DNA from: a virus | Taxonomy: Duplodnaviria; Caudoviricetes | Strand: one strand, 5' to 3' | Virus record (IMG/VR): IMGVR_UViG_3300031720_000003 | Coordinates: 1-63,823 of that record | DNA: 63,823 nucleotides | Shown: positions 1 to 9,328 of the stretch, one piece after another | How positions within the stretch are numbered: the stretch's first letter is position 1 | How the letters are laid out: each line of letters starts with the position of its first letter | Translations under genes and position numbers: made by a program | The notes under the pieces: model-generated | Databases searched by the model: none | Told to the model about the DNA's origin: nothing | What the model saw: only the letters and a program-made list of their open reading frames with translations

Positions 1-256
1 CCGTGCTGCTGTCGCAGGCCGTCACCGCGCTGCAGCCGGACGCCGTCACCGTGCAGCTGCCGTAGGCCGTCACCGTGCTGCTGTCGGAGGCCGTCACCGT
101 GCTGCTGTCGTAGGCCCTCACCGTGCTGCTGCCGGAGGCCGTCACCGTGCTGCTGCCGGAGGCCCTCACCGTGCTGCTGTCGAAGGCCGTCACCGTGCTG
201 CTGTCGGAGGCCGTCACCGTGCTGCTGTCGTAGGCCGTCACCGTGCTGCTGCCGGA
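1..256. repeat. 24-bp tandem repeat (ggccgtcaccgtgctgctgtcgta-like), left copy
   Basis: About 10 tandem units, the same unit as at 63627-63823. Confidence 0.95.
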
Positions 257-349
257 GACTTCGAAGTACCCCTCGGTGAGGACGGGATAGTCGCCGGCCT
301 TGAGGGCAGCGTCGAGCTCCTTCTGGTTCTTGACGAGGACCTCTTTCAT
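1..349 (-). CDS. N-terminal part of an 8-aa-repeat (beta-solenoid-like) protein; continues across the contig junction into 63100..63823
   Basis: ATG at 349 overlaps the stop of 346..597. Reads MKEVLVKNQKELDAALKAGDYPVLTEGYFEVSG, then SSTV(T/R)A(Y/S/F)(D/G) repeats to the edge. Confidence 0.8.
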   Translation of the reverse strand, partial: MKEVLVKNQKELDAALKAGDYPVLTEGYFEVSGSSTVTAYDSSTVTASDSSTVTAFDSSTVRASGSSTVTASGSSTVRAYDSSTVTASDSSTVTAYGSCTVTASGCSAVTACDSST

Positions 350-597
350 GCCGGGATCTCCAACTGCTCTGGGCTCGCGCTGAGCGAATAGCGAACTACA
401 GCCGCCTTGTGTGTGTGGAAACGACAGCGACGCACCACAATCGCATGGCCTTCATGCGACAACTCAGAGCAACGGTTGCGCAGTGTGTACGCAACTTCAC
501 GCGGAACATCAGCAACACAGATGCCCTCGGGATGCTCACGCAGCAAGCGCAGCACGACCTGCTTCTGGGTCAAGGGCCGCTCCGCTACCGCACTCAT
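346..597 (-). CDS. small HTH-like hypothetical protein
   Basis: MSAVAERPLTQKQVVLRLLREHPEG...RNRCSEL; translationally coupled to both neighbours. Confidence 0.6.
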   Translation of the reverse strand: MSAVAERPLTQKQVVLRLLREHPEGICVADVPREVAYTLRNRCSELSHEGHAIVVRRCRFHTHKAAVVRYSLSASPEQLEIPA

Positions 598-863
598 GCT
601 TCTGTCTCCGGCAGCTTCTGCCCACACACCGGACATGTATTCGCAGCCCCCACTGGCCAGTAGGCACGCACGCTGCCCTCCTGTCCACGCTGCTCCAACA
701 AGCCCATATCCACGGCACGCTGGAGTCGCTGCTGCACGGTGCTCGATGAGCGCAAGCCCAGCCGACGAGCCACCTCGCGCACCGATGGCGGGCGACCACT
801 TTCACGCAGCAGTTCACGCACCGCGTTGGCGGTGATGTGCTCGGTGCGCGTCGCTGTCGCCAT
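594..863 (-). CDS. LexA-type winged-helix DNA-binding domain protein (no peptidase domain), C-terminal CxxC
   Basis: GRPPSVREVARRLGLRSSSTVQQRLQRAVDMGLL matches the LexA N-terminal motif. Confidence 0.8.
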   Translation of the reverse strand: MATATRTEHITANAVRELLRESGRPPSVREVARRLGLRSSSTVQQRLQRAVDMGLLEQRGQEGSVRAYWPVGAANTCPVCGQKLPETEA

Positions 864-2041
864 CACTGCTGCGCTGCCCATGCGGCTGCACGCATAACGC
901 TCCGCTCATGCGCTGAGGGAGGGATCGCGAACGGAATGTCGTTGGGATCAACGTCTCCGCCGCTGTCGTCGGTGGGATGCGCCAGCGGATAGAGCTGCTC
1001 GCGGAGCTTCAACAACGTCTCCGCATTGAGCGATTGCATCCAGCGCAACACGCTGCCGCTGCCCTTCTTTCGCCCCGCTTCACTGAGCACACCCCAGGCC
1101 AGCCGACCGAGGGTGTCGCCCTGCTTCTGGGCAGCATCGAAGAGGGCCAGCACCTCATCGACCACCTCGGTGCGGGGACGGTCACCGATCATCACCACCG
1201 GACCCGTTGGTGCCGTTGGTGCCCGCTCAACCGATGCCTGCGGCGGTGGTTCGGGTGGGGGAGCATCCTGGTCGTCGAGGTCTTGGGTGACCACGTCCGA
1301 CCAGCTCGTCGCCGCGATGGTCGCCGCGACCAGTGCCCGTTTCTCGGCCATCTTTAGGATGGTGTTCAGCTGATCGGCTATGTCTGGATTGAGCACGCGC
1401 CCGACGGTCTGCTCAGTGATGCGGGTGTCGTCGTCAGCGAACTTGGCGCCGCAACCGCCCTGCTTCTTGAAGCAGACCCAGCCGCCCCCGTATTCCTTCT
1501 TGCCCTGGATGATGGTCTCTGCCTTGCACGACGGACAGACGCGCTTGCTCTCGCGGTAGCGGTACTTGGTTTCCCATGAGTTGCACTCACCGGACAGTGA
1601 GGCCACGCGCATGCGGTCGCCTTCGCGCGGCCCGGTCTGCCGCCAGATGGTGCAGCGCCGACGGAACTGAATGAACGGTTCGCCGCCGTGGTCCGCACCC
1701 GTGAGATCGATGATGGGAAGGGTCTCATCCTCTCCCTCCGGGTGCAGCCCGTAGGCGGTGAGCAGACGTTCGGCACCAGGTTTGCCTAGTGCGGGCTTGC
1801 TGGAACCCGGGATGTTGATGATCCCGTCCTTAACCTTGGCCAGCACACGCTTCATGAACTCATCGCGCTCATCGATCATGGCCACGGCGTCGTCAACCGT
1901 GATCACCATGCGCGGCGTCCAACTCGCGGCCTCGGATGCATCGAGCACGGCCTGCGGCGTGCGCACCGGGCCCACCATCACCTCAGTGCGAGCGCCGTTG
2001 TCGTCCGCGTTGCGCTCGATGATCTCCGGCTCTGTGCTCAC
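863..2041 (-). CDS. putative phage recombination / ssDNA-annealing-type protein with Zn-ribbon insert
   Basis: KPALGKPGAERL and NTILKMAEKRALVAA...DVVTQDLDD motifs of a common phage family; acidic DIPF near the C-terminus. Confidence 0.55.
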   Translation of the reverse strand: MSTEPEIIERNADDNGARTEVMVGPVRTPQAVLDASEAASWTPRMVITVDDAVAMIDERDEFMKRVLAKVKDGIINIPGSSKPALGKPGAERLLTAYGLHPEGEDETLPIIDLTGADHGGEPFIQFRRRCTIWRQTGPREGDRMRVASLSGECNSWETKYRYRESKRVCPSCKAETIIQGKKEYGGGWVCFKKQGGCGAKFADDDTRITEQTVGRVLNPDIADQLNTILKMAEKRALVAATIAATSWSDVVTQDLDDQDAPPPEPPPQASVERAPTAPTGPVVMIGDRPRTEVVDEVLALFDAAQKQGDTLGRLAWGVLSEAGRKKGSGSVLRWMQSLNAETLLKLREQLYPLAHPTDDSGGDVDPNDIPFAIPPSAHERSVMRAAAWAAQQ

Positions 2042-2142
2042 AGTTCGACCCACCGACGCAGCACAAAGGCCAGCCCGCGATAGGCATACCAGCCACCAAT
2101 GAGAACAACGAGGATGACTCCGGCGTCGAGGAAGTCCGGCAT
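2038..2142 (-). CDS. 34-aa membrane peptide
   Basis: MPDFLDAGVILVVLIGGWYAYRGLAFVLRRWVEL; start and stop overlap the neighbouring genes. Confidence 0.55.
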   Translation of the reverse strand: MPDFLDAGVILVVLIGGWYAYRGLAFVLRRWVEL

Positions 2143-2543
2143 CACCGCAGGCCCCATGTGGTCGGCGTCTGCCACAAGTGGAACGTGTATGGGTGCTCGT
2201 TTACGTAGTCAACTCGCTGCGGCAGCAGCATCATCACGTCGATGTCGTCGCCGAAGAACGCATCGCGTACCAGCGTCACCGTCTCCCAACTGGGAAGCCG
2301 ATTCGGATGCGACAGCGAAACGTGCAGCAGCGGACCATGCGGTGTCTGCTCGTCGCTACCGATGATCCCGAGACTGATCGGCTGGCAGCGCCAGAGCCTC
2401 TGGTATTGCATGACACCGGGAGCAACTTCAGCCCTGACCTCTCCCGGAATCCGCCTGCACACACGCCCGTCGCTGAGCCGCACATCGCCGAGAGGCAAGA
2501 TTTCGCGACGAGCCCGAGCACCCGGCGGGAGCAGAATGCCCAT
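2142..2543 (-). CDS. conserved phage protein (DUF7694-like)
   Basis: HVSLSHPNRLPSWE...YVNEHPYTFHLW motif. Confidence 0.7.
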   Translation of the reverse strand: MGILLPPGARARREILPLGDVRLSDGRVCRRIPGEVRAEVAPGVMQYQRLWRCQPISLGIIGSDEQTPHGPLLHVSLSHPNRLPSWETVTLVRDAFFGDDIDVMMLLPQRVDYVNEHPYTFHLWQTPTTWGLR

Positions 2544-3085
2544 CACGAACCGCCGTAATACGCGGTAGTCGCAGCTGCGTCGTCGCGCTCGCGGTCGAGC
2601 GCATCGGCCTCGCGTTTGTCGGCATCCAGCTCGGCGTGGTACACGCAGAGCAGTCCATCGCCGAGATAGAGCCGTCCGCACTCACGGTCGTCCTCAACGT
2701 CGGTGAGGGCTGCACAGCGCTTGGCACCCGAGGCCAGCAAGAGTTCACGCGCGGAGTCGGTGAACTCCAATCCCCGCGCGGCGGTATGGATGACCTCGGT
2801 GCGCCACTTGGTGAGGTGCGACTCGTACCCCACCAGGGCGTCGATGGCGCGTTGCACGTAGCGCTCTTCCCCGTTGAAGGCCCGCACCGTGCGCATCGCG
2901 GCCACCGCGTCGCTGTAGGCGCCGTGCAGAAACATGGCGGCGGAACCCACGTCGTTGCCCTGCCGATCCAGGGCCATCACCGCCTCGCGGTAGGCGTCTT
3001 CGAGGGCAGCGGGAACGGTCGGATGATCGAGCGAATCGGCACCCTGCACCTCGGTGCCGACTCCGGGGGCGGTAAACTGAGCCAC
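2543..3085 (-). CDS. hypothetical protein, first gene of the leftward early operon
   Basis: GGAGG RBS upstream of GTG at 3085. Confidence 0.6.
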   Translation of the reverse strand: MAQFTAPGVGTEVQGADSLDHPTVPAALEDAYREAVMALDRQGNDVGSAAMFLHGAYSDAVAAMRTVRAFNGEERYVQRAIDALVGYESHLTKWRTEVIHTAARGLEFTDSARELLLASGAKRCAALTDVEDDRECGRLYLGDGLLCVYHAELDADKREADALDRERDDAAATTAYYGGS

Positions 3086-3162
3086 TGGCTGGCCTCCTGT
3101 CAAGGCTGGCTATGAGGCTCGGGGCGGTTTACCGTTCTCGGGCCTTCTTCGTTGTTGGCACG

Positions 3163-3200
3163 AGCCTACCAAACGGATGTACCAGACCGCAAGCGGTCTA
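3163..3200 (-). promoter_or_regulatory. leftward early promoter with overlapping palindromic operator
   Basis: Minus strand TTGCGG-N18-TAGGCT; palindrome AGACCGC-AA-GCGGTCT at 3184-3199. Confidence 0.55.
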
Positions 3201-3216
3201 GAGGTGGAGAGCGCAG

Positions 3217-3420
3217 ATGGGGCTCCGGGAGCTGCGGTTGGCGCGCCGGCTGTCGCAGCGCGACCTCGCCTACTGGGTGGGGGTGCGCGAAGCCACCCTC
3301 TCCGCCTGGGAGAACGGCAAGGCCATCCCCTACCCGCGACACCGCAAGGCGCTCGCCTACCGGCTGGGGGTCAGCGAGCAGGAGTTGGGCTTCGATGAGG
3401 GAGAGCGCGAACGCTCCTGA
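3217..3420 (+). CDS. XRE/Cro-family HTH transcriptional regulator
   Basis: LRELRLARRLSQRDLA...VREATLSAWENGKAIP. Confidence 0.9.
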   Translation: MGLRELRLARRLSQRDLAYWVGVREATLSAWENGKAIPYPRHRKALAYRLGVSEQELGFDEGERERS

Positions 3421-3497
3421 GTTCAGAGCGCACCCTTCGTGGTTGACACGGTCGGTGCGTTAGCGCATCCTGACCTCCTTCGGAGGTACGGAGCGTT

Positions 3498-4634
3498 ATG
3501 CCGGGGAGGCGAGCCACCGGGGAGGGTTCCATCGTCCGCTACCGCGGGCGCTGGCGGGTCAGGGTGCGCTGGCGCGGCCGGGAGCAGACCTGGTTCCGGC
3601 CCACCCATGTCGAGGCGGCGGCCAAGCTGCGCAGCGTGCTTGAGCAGCGGGCCAAGGGCGTGAGCATCAACGGTGGGCGCCTGCCGCTCTCCCAGTGGTG
3701 CGAGGAGTGGCTGGCCCAGAGCACGCTCACTGCCCCCCGCTCGCAGGCGTTCTACGCGGCCAAGCTCGCCTACATCCTCCCCCAGCTAGGAGGCATCAGC
3801 CTCGACGAGCTGGAGCCCGCCGAGATCCGCCGCGCCCTCGCCGCGGTGGGCACACGCCACTCGCCGACCACCGTGCAGCACGTCTACCGCAGCCTCTCCA
3901 CCTGCCTCAACGCCGCGGTCAGGGAGCGACGGATCACCCGCAACCCGGCCGGTGACGTGCAAGCCCCGCAGCGCTCGGGATTCGTGGCCCAGACCCTCAC
4001 CGTGGAACAGGCCCAACGTTTGCTCGAGGTCAGCCGCGACTCGTGGATGGGGGCGCTGATCCATCTCGCCATCGCCACCGGGATGCGGCAGGGAGAACTC
4101 TTCGCGCTGACCTGGGACGACCTCGACCTCAGCGAGCGCCGTTTGAGCGTGACCAAGAGCCTCTCGCGCCAGAAGCACGCGGGCCCGACCAAGACCGCCG
4201 CCGGCCATCGCCAGCTCACCCTCGGTGCCTCGGTGGTCGCCAGCCTGCAGCACCAGCGCGCCCGGGTGGCGCAGATGCGGCTCGAGGCCCGCGACTGGAA
4301 GGACCGCAACCTCATCTTCCCCACCGTCACGGGTGGGTACCGGGCACCCTCGGGTTCCTTCTTTCGCGAGTTCCGGTCATTCCTGACCGAAGCTGAGTGC
4401 CCGCACATCCGCTTCCACGATCTGCGCCACACCGCGGGACTCTTTCTGACCCGCAGCGCGGGCTTGGTGGTGGCGTCGCGCATCCTCGGACACGCCTCAC
4501 CGACCATTACCGCGTCGTTGTACGGAGCTGCGCAACGCGATGACTTTTTGGCCGCGGCACGCTCCATGGACGAGTTGCTGATGACCCCTTCCCAGTCCCC
4601 CCCGGAGGTGCTACAGTCCCCCTCGCTCGGCTGA
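3498..4634 (+). CDS. int: tyrosine integrase
   Basis: GEGSI N-terminus; TGMRQGELFALTWDD; FHDLRHT; ILGHAS...LY catalytic motifs. Confidence 0.95.
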   Translation: MPGRRATGEGSIVRYRGRWRVRVRWRGREQTWFRPTHVEAAAKLRSVLEQRAKGVSINGGRLPLSQWCEEWLAQSTLTAPRSQAFYAAKLAYILPQLGGISLDELEPAEIRRALAAVGTRHSPTTVQHVYRSLSTCLNAAVRERRITRNPAGDVQAPQRSGFVAQTLTVEQAQRLLEVSRDSWMGALIHLAIATGMRQGELFALTWDDLDLSERRLSVTKSLSRQKHAGPTKTAAGHRQLTLGASVVASLQHQRARVAQMRLEARDWKDRNLIFPTVTGGYRAPSGSFFREFRSFLTEAECPHIRFHDLRHTAGLFLTRSAGLVVASRILGHASPTITASLYGAAQRDDFLAAARSMDELLMTPSQSPPEVLQSPSLG

Positions 4635-4708
4635 GGCCGGGCTCGGAACGGTCACCACAGGCCGTCGCCGAGGGACGCTGACGCAGCGCCGACCATCTGG
4701 GTGGAAGC

Positions 4709-4734
4709 GGAGCGGGAGACGGGGCTCGAACCCG
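4709..4734 (-). mobile_element. attP core: 3' end (T-arm and acceptor strand) of tRNA-Gly
   Basis: Reverse complement CGGGTTCGAGCCCCGTCTCCCGCTCC, about 75 bp downstream of int. Confidence 0.8.
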
Positions 4735-4965
4735 TCGACAGCGCCGACCTCGCTCAGGAGCGGTAGCCGGAGTCTGAGCCCCCCGACGACGACCCCTCAC
4801 ACGGAGGTCGCGCGTCGTGGCAGGAGAGGCCGACCGGGCCAAGTCTGATCCCCGCCCTTCCCCCGGGCGGCAGCGCACACGACAGGCTGGCCCGTTCGAC
4901 CCTGAGCGGAGGCGTGGGTTCGCGATCAGCGTCCCGGACCCCCCTCCGTTCTCTCGGGCCGACGC

Positions 4966-5169
4966 GTGACCCTCAGCACCGCCGACCTGCGGCAGCTCTT
5001 CGCACGGCTGGCTGGTGTGTGTCCGCAGTGCGGACGCTCCGTGCCACCCGCGGAGTGGTGGAGCGACTGGCTCTGCCCGGTGTGCAAAGGCACCAGCGTC
5101 GGCGAGCTGCAACGACGCTCTGAGGATCACCTGCGCCGGGCCGGCTACTACAGCGGGTGGCGCCCGTGA
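4966..5169 (+). CDS. small Zn-finger protein
   Basis: CPQC...CPVC pair. Confidence 0.5.
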   Translation: MTLSTADLRQLFARLAGVCPQCGRSVPPAEWWSDWLCPVCKGTSVGELQRRSEDHLRRAGYYSGWRP

Positions 5170-5203
5170 ACGCAGCTATCGACTATTCGCTGGGGGCGAA
5201 CAG

Positions 5204-6130
5204 TTGAGTTGGGCGAGGCTCGATGACCAGATCCTCGACAACCCGAAGATTCTGCAAGCAGGGCCCATCGGATTTGCCCTGCACGTCGCAGCCATCACCT
5301 ACTGCTCGCGCAACCTGACCGACGGGTTCGTGACGTACGCAGTGGCCCGTCGACTGCTGATCACCTCATGGACCGAGGACGGCGATGACGGCAAGGTCCG
5401 CGTGCAATCGCTCGCCATGGTGTCGGGCATGTCGGGGTCAGATGGTCCAGAGGTCATCGACCACATCATCGAGTTGCTCTGCGAGGTCGGGCTGTGGGAG
5501 ATCGTCGAGCACGGCTATTTCCTGCACGACTACCTCGAATACAACCCCAGCCGGGAGATGGTGCTCGCCAAGCGCGAGGCCAGTCGCGACCGAGTGCAGG
5601 CGCACCGCCAGCGTGGCAAGGCACCTAGTAACGACGTTGGTAACGCAGCAAGTAACGGCGGCGGGAACGCCGAAGGTAACGGGGGTAGTACGCGTCCTCC
5701 CGTACCCCGTACCCGTAACCCGGTACCCGTACCAGAGTCCCGAGATAAGACCGCATCACCTAACGGTGATGCTCGTCATCTGGCTGAGGTCGGAGCGGTG
5801 TTCATGAGGGTGTGGAACGAGCACTGCGACCCTCTGCCACGGCTCCGAAAGCTCCCCCCGAGCAGAGACACGCAGCGGCTGATGCGGCAGGCACTGGAGC
5901 ACTTCGACGGCAAGGAGGTGAAGCTGGGAGAGGCGGTCGCGCGGTGTGCTCTGAACGACCACTACCGCGAACACCGCTACGGGGTCGAAGCGTTCTGCCG
6001 ACACGTCGCGAGGTGGGCAGAGCCGGGCATGCCGTACGTGGCGCCCACGAAGCCGCCTATCGAGAACCCAAAGGATCGCCAGATTCGGGAGTTCAGCGAG
6101 CGCTGGCTGGGACAGGAGGCGACGGCATGA
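5204..6130 (+). CDS. phage replication initiator (RepA/O-like)
   Basis: SWARLDDQILDNPKI...YCSRNLTDGFV...LHDYLEYNPSRE N-terminal domain, followed by an iteron-encoded linker. Confidence 0.8.
   Translation: MSWARLDDQILDNPKILQAGPIGFALHVAAITYCSRNLTDGFVTYAVARRLLITSWTEDGDDGKVRVQSLAMVSGMSGSDGPEVIDHIIELLCEVGLWEIVEHGYFLHDYLEYNPSREMVLAKREASRDRVQAHRQRGKAPSNDVGNAASNGGGNAEGNGGSTRPPVPRTRNPVPVPESRDKTASPNGDARHLAEVGAVFMRVWNEHCDPLPRLRKLPPSRDTQRLMRQALEHFDGKEVKLGEAVARCALNDHYREHRYGVEAFCRHVARWAEPGMPYVAPTKPPIENPKDRQIREFSERWLGQEATA
5627..5733 (+). repeat. putative replication origin iterons
   Basis: GTAACG-like motif at 12-bp spacing (about 5 copies), followed by CCCGTA repeats, inside the initiator gene. Confidence 0.7.
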
Positions 6131-6855
6131 ACGAGCTGCCGCAGCACGTCGCCGAGGCCTTCCTGTTCGCGCAAGCCTGCTGGCCGAAGAGCATTCCCGC
6201 CGGCACTGAAGCCACGATGGTCGCCTGGGCACCGAAGCTCGCACCGTTCGAACTCGATGAGCTGCGGTCTGCGCTGTTCACCATCGCCGAGACCGGCGAC
6301 TTTCCAACCCTCTCGGAATGGCTCGATGTGCTTGAGCAGCAGCGTCGCCACCGTGAGATCCAACAGCGTCAACAGCAGCCCAAGCTCGCCGCTCCCGCGA
6401 GTACCGTGCAGCGTCGGCTCGAGGAGTTCGACAGGTCAGCGGCGGAGAACCGCTCCCGGCAGCACGCGGAACTGGCGGCAGCGCAACGTCACGCCTACCG
6501 CATCAACGCTCCAACGCTGAGCCCGGAACAACTCGCTCTCGCGCATGCCGAGATCGACAAGGTCGGAGAGTGGGAGATGGCGGCACGCAAGGTGCTCGCT
6601 GAGGGCTACGAGCCCGGGCATGCAGCCCAGGTGTTCGTGCAGGTGGGCACCGAGCAGTTCCTTCGCGCCACCGTGCGACCGAAGCCGAAGCGTGACCCGT
6701 CCGCAGTGCTGCAGCAGACCGAGGCGCAGCGCATCGCCGCTGAGTATCACAGCGATCCCGCGAGTTGGCCGGAAGAGAACCGGGCTGCGCTGAGCCCAGG
6801 GCTGCGCAAGGCGGTGAGCGAAGAACTCGCCCGGTTGCAGACGGTGTCGTCATGA
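6127..6855 (+). CDS. hypothetical protein, possible helicase-loader-like partner
   Basis: Coupled to the initiator (ATGA overlap); GDFPTLSEW motif. Confidence 0.5.
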   Translation: MNELPQHVAEAFLFAQACWPKSIPAGTEATMVAWAPKLAPFELDELRSALFTIAETGDFPTLSEWLDVLEQQRRHREIQQRQQQPKLAAPASTVQRRLEEFDRSAAENRSRQHAELAAAQRHAYRINAPTLSPEQLALAHAEIDKVGEWEMAARKVLAEGYEPGHAAQVFVQVGTEQFLRATVRPKPKRDPSAVLQQTEAQRIAAEYHSDPASWPEENRAALSPGLRKAVSEELARLQTVSS

Positions 6856-7139
6856 ACTGGCTGCGCCGCAAGGGCGACGATCGGATGCGCGTCACCATGC
6901 AGTGCCATGTGTGTGGCAGCCGCCTAGAAGGTGCGCTCTTCGCGACGCCCGCTGAGCTGAACGAGTGGTCGAACAGTTGGGGGCTGCTGCACCAGCGCAT
7001 GCATGAGGGTGCCGACGATGGGATGGCGTGGGTCGAGACACCACCACGACGCGTCGGTCATGCAGCCATGGAAGCACTCGCCAGACAAGACACGAATCAA
7101 TTCACCAAACCATCGGGAGCCAAGGCAACAACAGCATGA
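6852..7139 (+). CDS. hypothetical protein
   Basis: ATGA overlaps on both sides; CHVC motif. Confidence 0.5.
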   Translation: MNWLRRKGDDRMRVTMQCHVCGSRLEGALFATPAELNEWSNSWGLLHQRMHEGADDGMAWVETPPRRVGHAAMEALARQDTNQFTKPSGAKATTA

Positions 7140-7738
7140 ACAGCGAAGCCACCGCCGAGCCTGTAGCCATAGTGGATCTGGCTGATGAACTCGGGACGCG
7201 GAAGCAAACGCTTTTCAAGATCGCGCGCCGCCTTGGCCTTGACACCACGAGGCGTCGGGAGTTTGGGCGCGGCAATCAACTGATCACTGTCGTTAGCGCT
7301 GCTGGAGCACAGGCACTCCGGGCGGAGTACGCGAATGCCCGACAGCGAGGTGAACCCTCCATAGCGGGCATGCCTCTCATACCAGATGAAGGGAGCTTCT
7401 ATGTGATCCAACTAGAGCCGCAACTTGATCCCGGTCGGTTCAAGCTCGGGTTCACCGCAGATTTGGATGGTCGCCTCCGGCATCACCGCTGCTCAGCGCC
7501 CTTCGCCATTTACCGTCGAACATGGCCATGCCGTCGGTCGTGGGAACGAACCGCGATTGATTGTTTGGCCGCTGGCCTTGAGCGCATACATACCGAGGTC
7601 TTCAGGACTGACGCACTCGGACAGCTTGTAGCGCGTGGCGATCAGTTCTTCGGGCTGATGCCTGAACTCGGAGGCGCAGTTGGCCAGGATGACAAGGTAG
7701 CAAGCCTCAAGCGACTGATCCTGACCGAATTGGCATGA
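7136..7738 (+). CDS. HTH plus GIY-YIG/T5orf172-like domain protein
   Basis: FYVIQL...FKLGFTADLDGRLRHH; composition looks lower in GC than the neighbours. Confidence 0.55.
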   Translation: MNSEATAEPVAIVDLADELGTRKQTLFKIARRLGLDTTRRREFGRGNQLITVVSAAGAQALRAEYANARQRGEPSIAGMPLIPDEGSFYVIQLEPQLDPGRFKLGFTADLDGRLRHHRCSAPFAIYRRTWPCRRSWERTAIDCLAAGLERIHTEVFRTDALGQLVARGDQFFGLMPELGGAVGQDDKVASLKRLILTELA

Positions 7739-8016
7739 ACAACGGAGGAACACCGATGACGACCAAGCGAATGAGCGCAGTGGCAGAACCCGAGACGGAG
7801 GGTGAGCCGAAAGAATCACCCCTGCTCGATGAACCCCGCTACCGGGTGATCATCGATCTCGGGGTGGCCACATCGGAAGCAGCGGCCGAGCAGTTGCTCA
7901 GCCACTTCTCGGGCATGCGCTTCTGGCACGGCGATGACAACAACGGCGAAGCAAAGCTCGGTGCGGGTGAGTTCGTGCTGCGCCGTGAGCAGCTGAGTGT
8001 GGAGCGCGCTGGGTGA
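7735..8016 (+). CDS. hypothetical protein
   Basis: ORF in the operon; GGAGG before an internal ATG (~7755). Confidence 0.55.
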   Translation: MNNGGTPMTTKRMSAVAEPETEGEPKESPLLDEPRYRVIIDLGVATSEAAAEQLLSHFSGMRFWHGDDNNGEAKLGAGEFVLRREQLSVERAG

Positions 8017-8176
8017 GCGTCGCGGAGACGCTGCAAGAACTCGCACATGTTGAGCTAGAGATTGAGCGCGTGCGTGATGCCGCCGAACGCGTGGAGACCG
8101 AGGCATCGCTACTTTTGCGGATGATCGACGGCGAGCGGGCGCGACTACTGGTGAGCAGCGCGGAGGAACCTGCCGC

Positions 8177-8593
8177 GTGAGCGACCTCGCCAAGGTGCTG
8201 CCGTTGCAGCGCTCCTACGAGATCACCGTGCCGCTCAGTGAGTTGCCGCCCAGCATGAACGCTCGGCTGCACTTCCGGCGCCGCGCGTCGAAGGTGGCCA
8301 ATGCCCGCGCCATCACGGCGCTGTATGCGCGCGAAGCCCGGCAGAAAGCGCGGGTGCATCAACCGTTCCAGCGTGCGGACGTGGCGGTGACGGTGACCTG
8401 GCCCAGTTCGCGCAAGGGCCCGTTGCCGGACGCCGATAACACGGCATCCAGTGTCAAGCCGCTGCTCGATAGTTTGGTGGGGATCTGGCTCGTCGACGAT
8501 TCCCCGAAGTGCATCCGCACCATCTCATGGACATCGACCAAGCACGGGGATCGCCTGGAGGTGGTGTTCACCATCACTCCGGTGTCGAGCTGA
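8177..8593 (+). CDS. rusA: RusA-like Holliday junction resolvase
   Basis: PPSMN...DADNTASSVKPLLDSL...DDS motif. Confidence 0.8.
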   Translation: MSDLAKVLPLQRSYEITVPLSELPPSMNARLHFRRRASKVANARAITALYAREARQKARVHQPFQRADVAVTVTWPSSRKGPLPDADNTASSVKPLLDSLVGIWLVDDSPKCIRTISWTSTKHGDRLEVVFTITPVSS

Positions 8594-8820
8594 TGGCGCA
8601 GTGCTACGTGTGCGGCAAGGAGATGGTGCGGGGCAGCCACGGAAGCATCGACGTGGACGAGCACGGCATCCCCCAGCCACGGCACCCGCACTGCCATCCC
8701 GGTACCGTGCTGCCCCGGGCGTCACCGTGGGAGCGCGACCTGCGCCGGATCATCCGTGAAGAGATGCGCGCAGCACTTGCCGAACTAACACTGGACGATC
8801 CAACAGGAGGGCCCGTATGA
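8593..8820 (+). CDS. hypothetical protein
   Basis: TGATG coupling; CYVC...HPHC. Confidence 0.55.
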   Translation: MAQCYVCGKEMVRGSHGSIDVDEHGIPQPRHPHCHPGTVLPRASPWERDLRRIIREEMRAALAELTLDDPTGGPV

Positions 8821-8821
8821 G

Positions 8822-9271
8822 GTGACCCGATTCTTTCGGCGCCGACCCGACAACGACATCGACGACATCATCGACGACTTCTTTGACTGCGACGAGTGCC
8901 GTCGCTTTCACCGTAAGCATCATCACAAGCCTCAGAGGAGGATCACCGTGGCAGTAGCCCTCACCGACCAGCAGCAGGTGCAGCTCTCCGTCAGCGCGCT
9001 CGACGCCGATGGTCAGCCGGATCCCAACGCGACGATCACCTGGGCCGAGGATTCCAACGGCAGCATCATCACCCTGGACAACACCACGGGTGACACCGTG
9101 AATGCCATCGCGGTCACCGGGGCGAACGGCAGCGCCAACGTCACCGCGACGGCGAGCGACAGCGACGGGAATAGCGTGACCTCGCCGCCACTGCAGATCG
9201 CGGTAACCACCAGCACGGACGCTGTTCAGGTGTCGATCTCGGCCGGCACGCCGACGCCGAAGAACCCCTAA
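8822..9271 (+). CDS. Ig-like domain protein (possible start at 8948)
   Basis: VQLSVSALDADGQP...ITW...GSANVTATA beta-sandwich pattern; RBS before GTG at 8948. Confidence 0.6.
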   Translation: MTRFFRRRPDNDIDDIIDDFFDCDECRRFHRKHHHKPQRRITVAVALTDQQQVQLSVSALDADGQPDPNATITWAEDSNGSIITLDNTTGDTVNAIAVTGANGSANVTATASDSDGNSVTSPPLQIAVTTSTDAVQVSISAGTPTPKNP

Positions 9272-9297
9272 CGCGCAACGCAGCGGTCAACCTCCCG

Positions 9298-9328
9298 GGC
9301 CGGGGTGGGCAACCGCCCCGGCCTTTTC
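9298..9328 (+). terminator. rho-independent terminator
   Basis: GGCCGGGGTGG-GCAA-CCGCCCCGGCC followed by TTTT. Confidence 0.8.

Noticed and set aside
1-70. DGR-like variable repeat (mostly A-to-N changes in the first repeat units)
   Set aside because: No reverse transcriptase or separate template repeat seen; the differences lie at the contig edge, where errors are likely.
4690-4790. Complete tRNA gene
   Set aside because: Only the T-arm and acceptor 3' strand are present; treated as attP.
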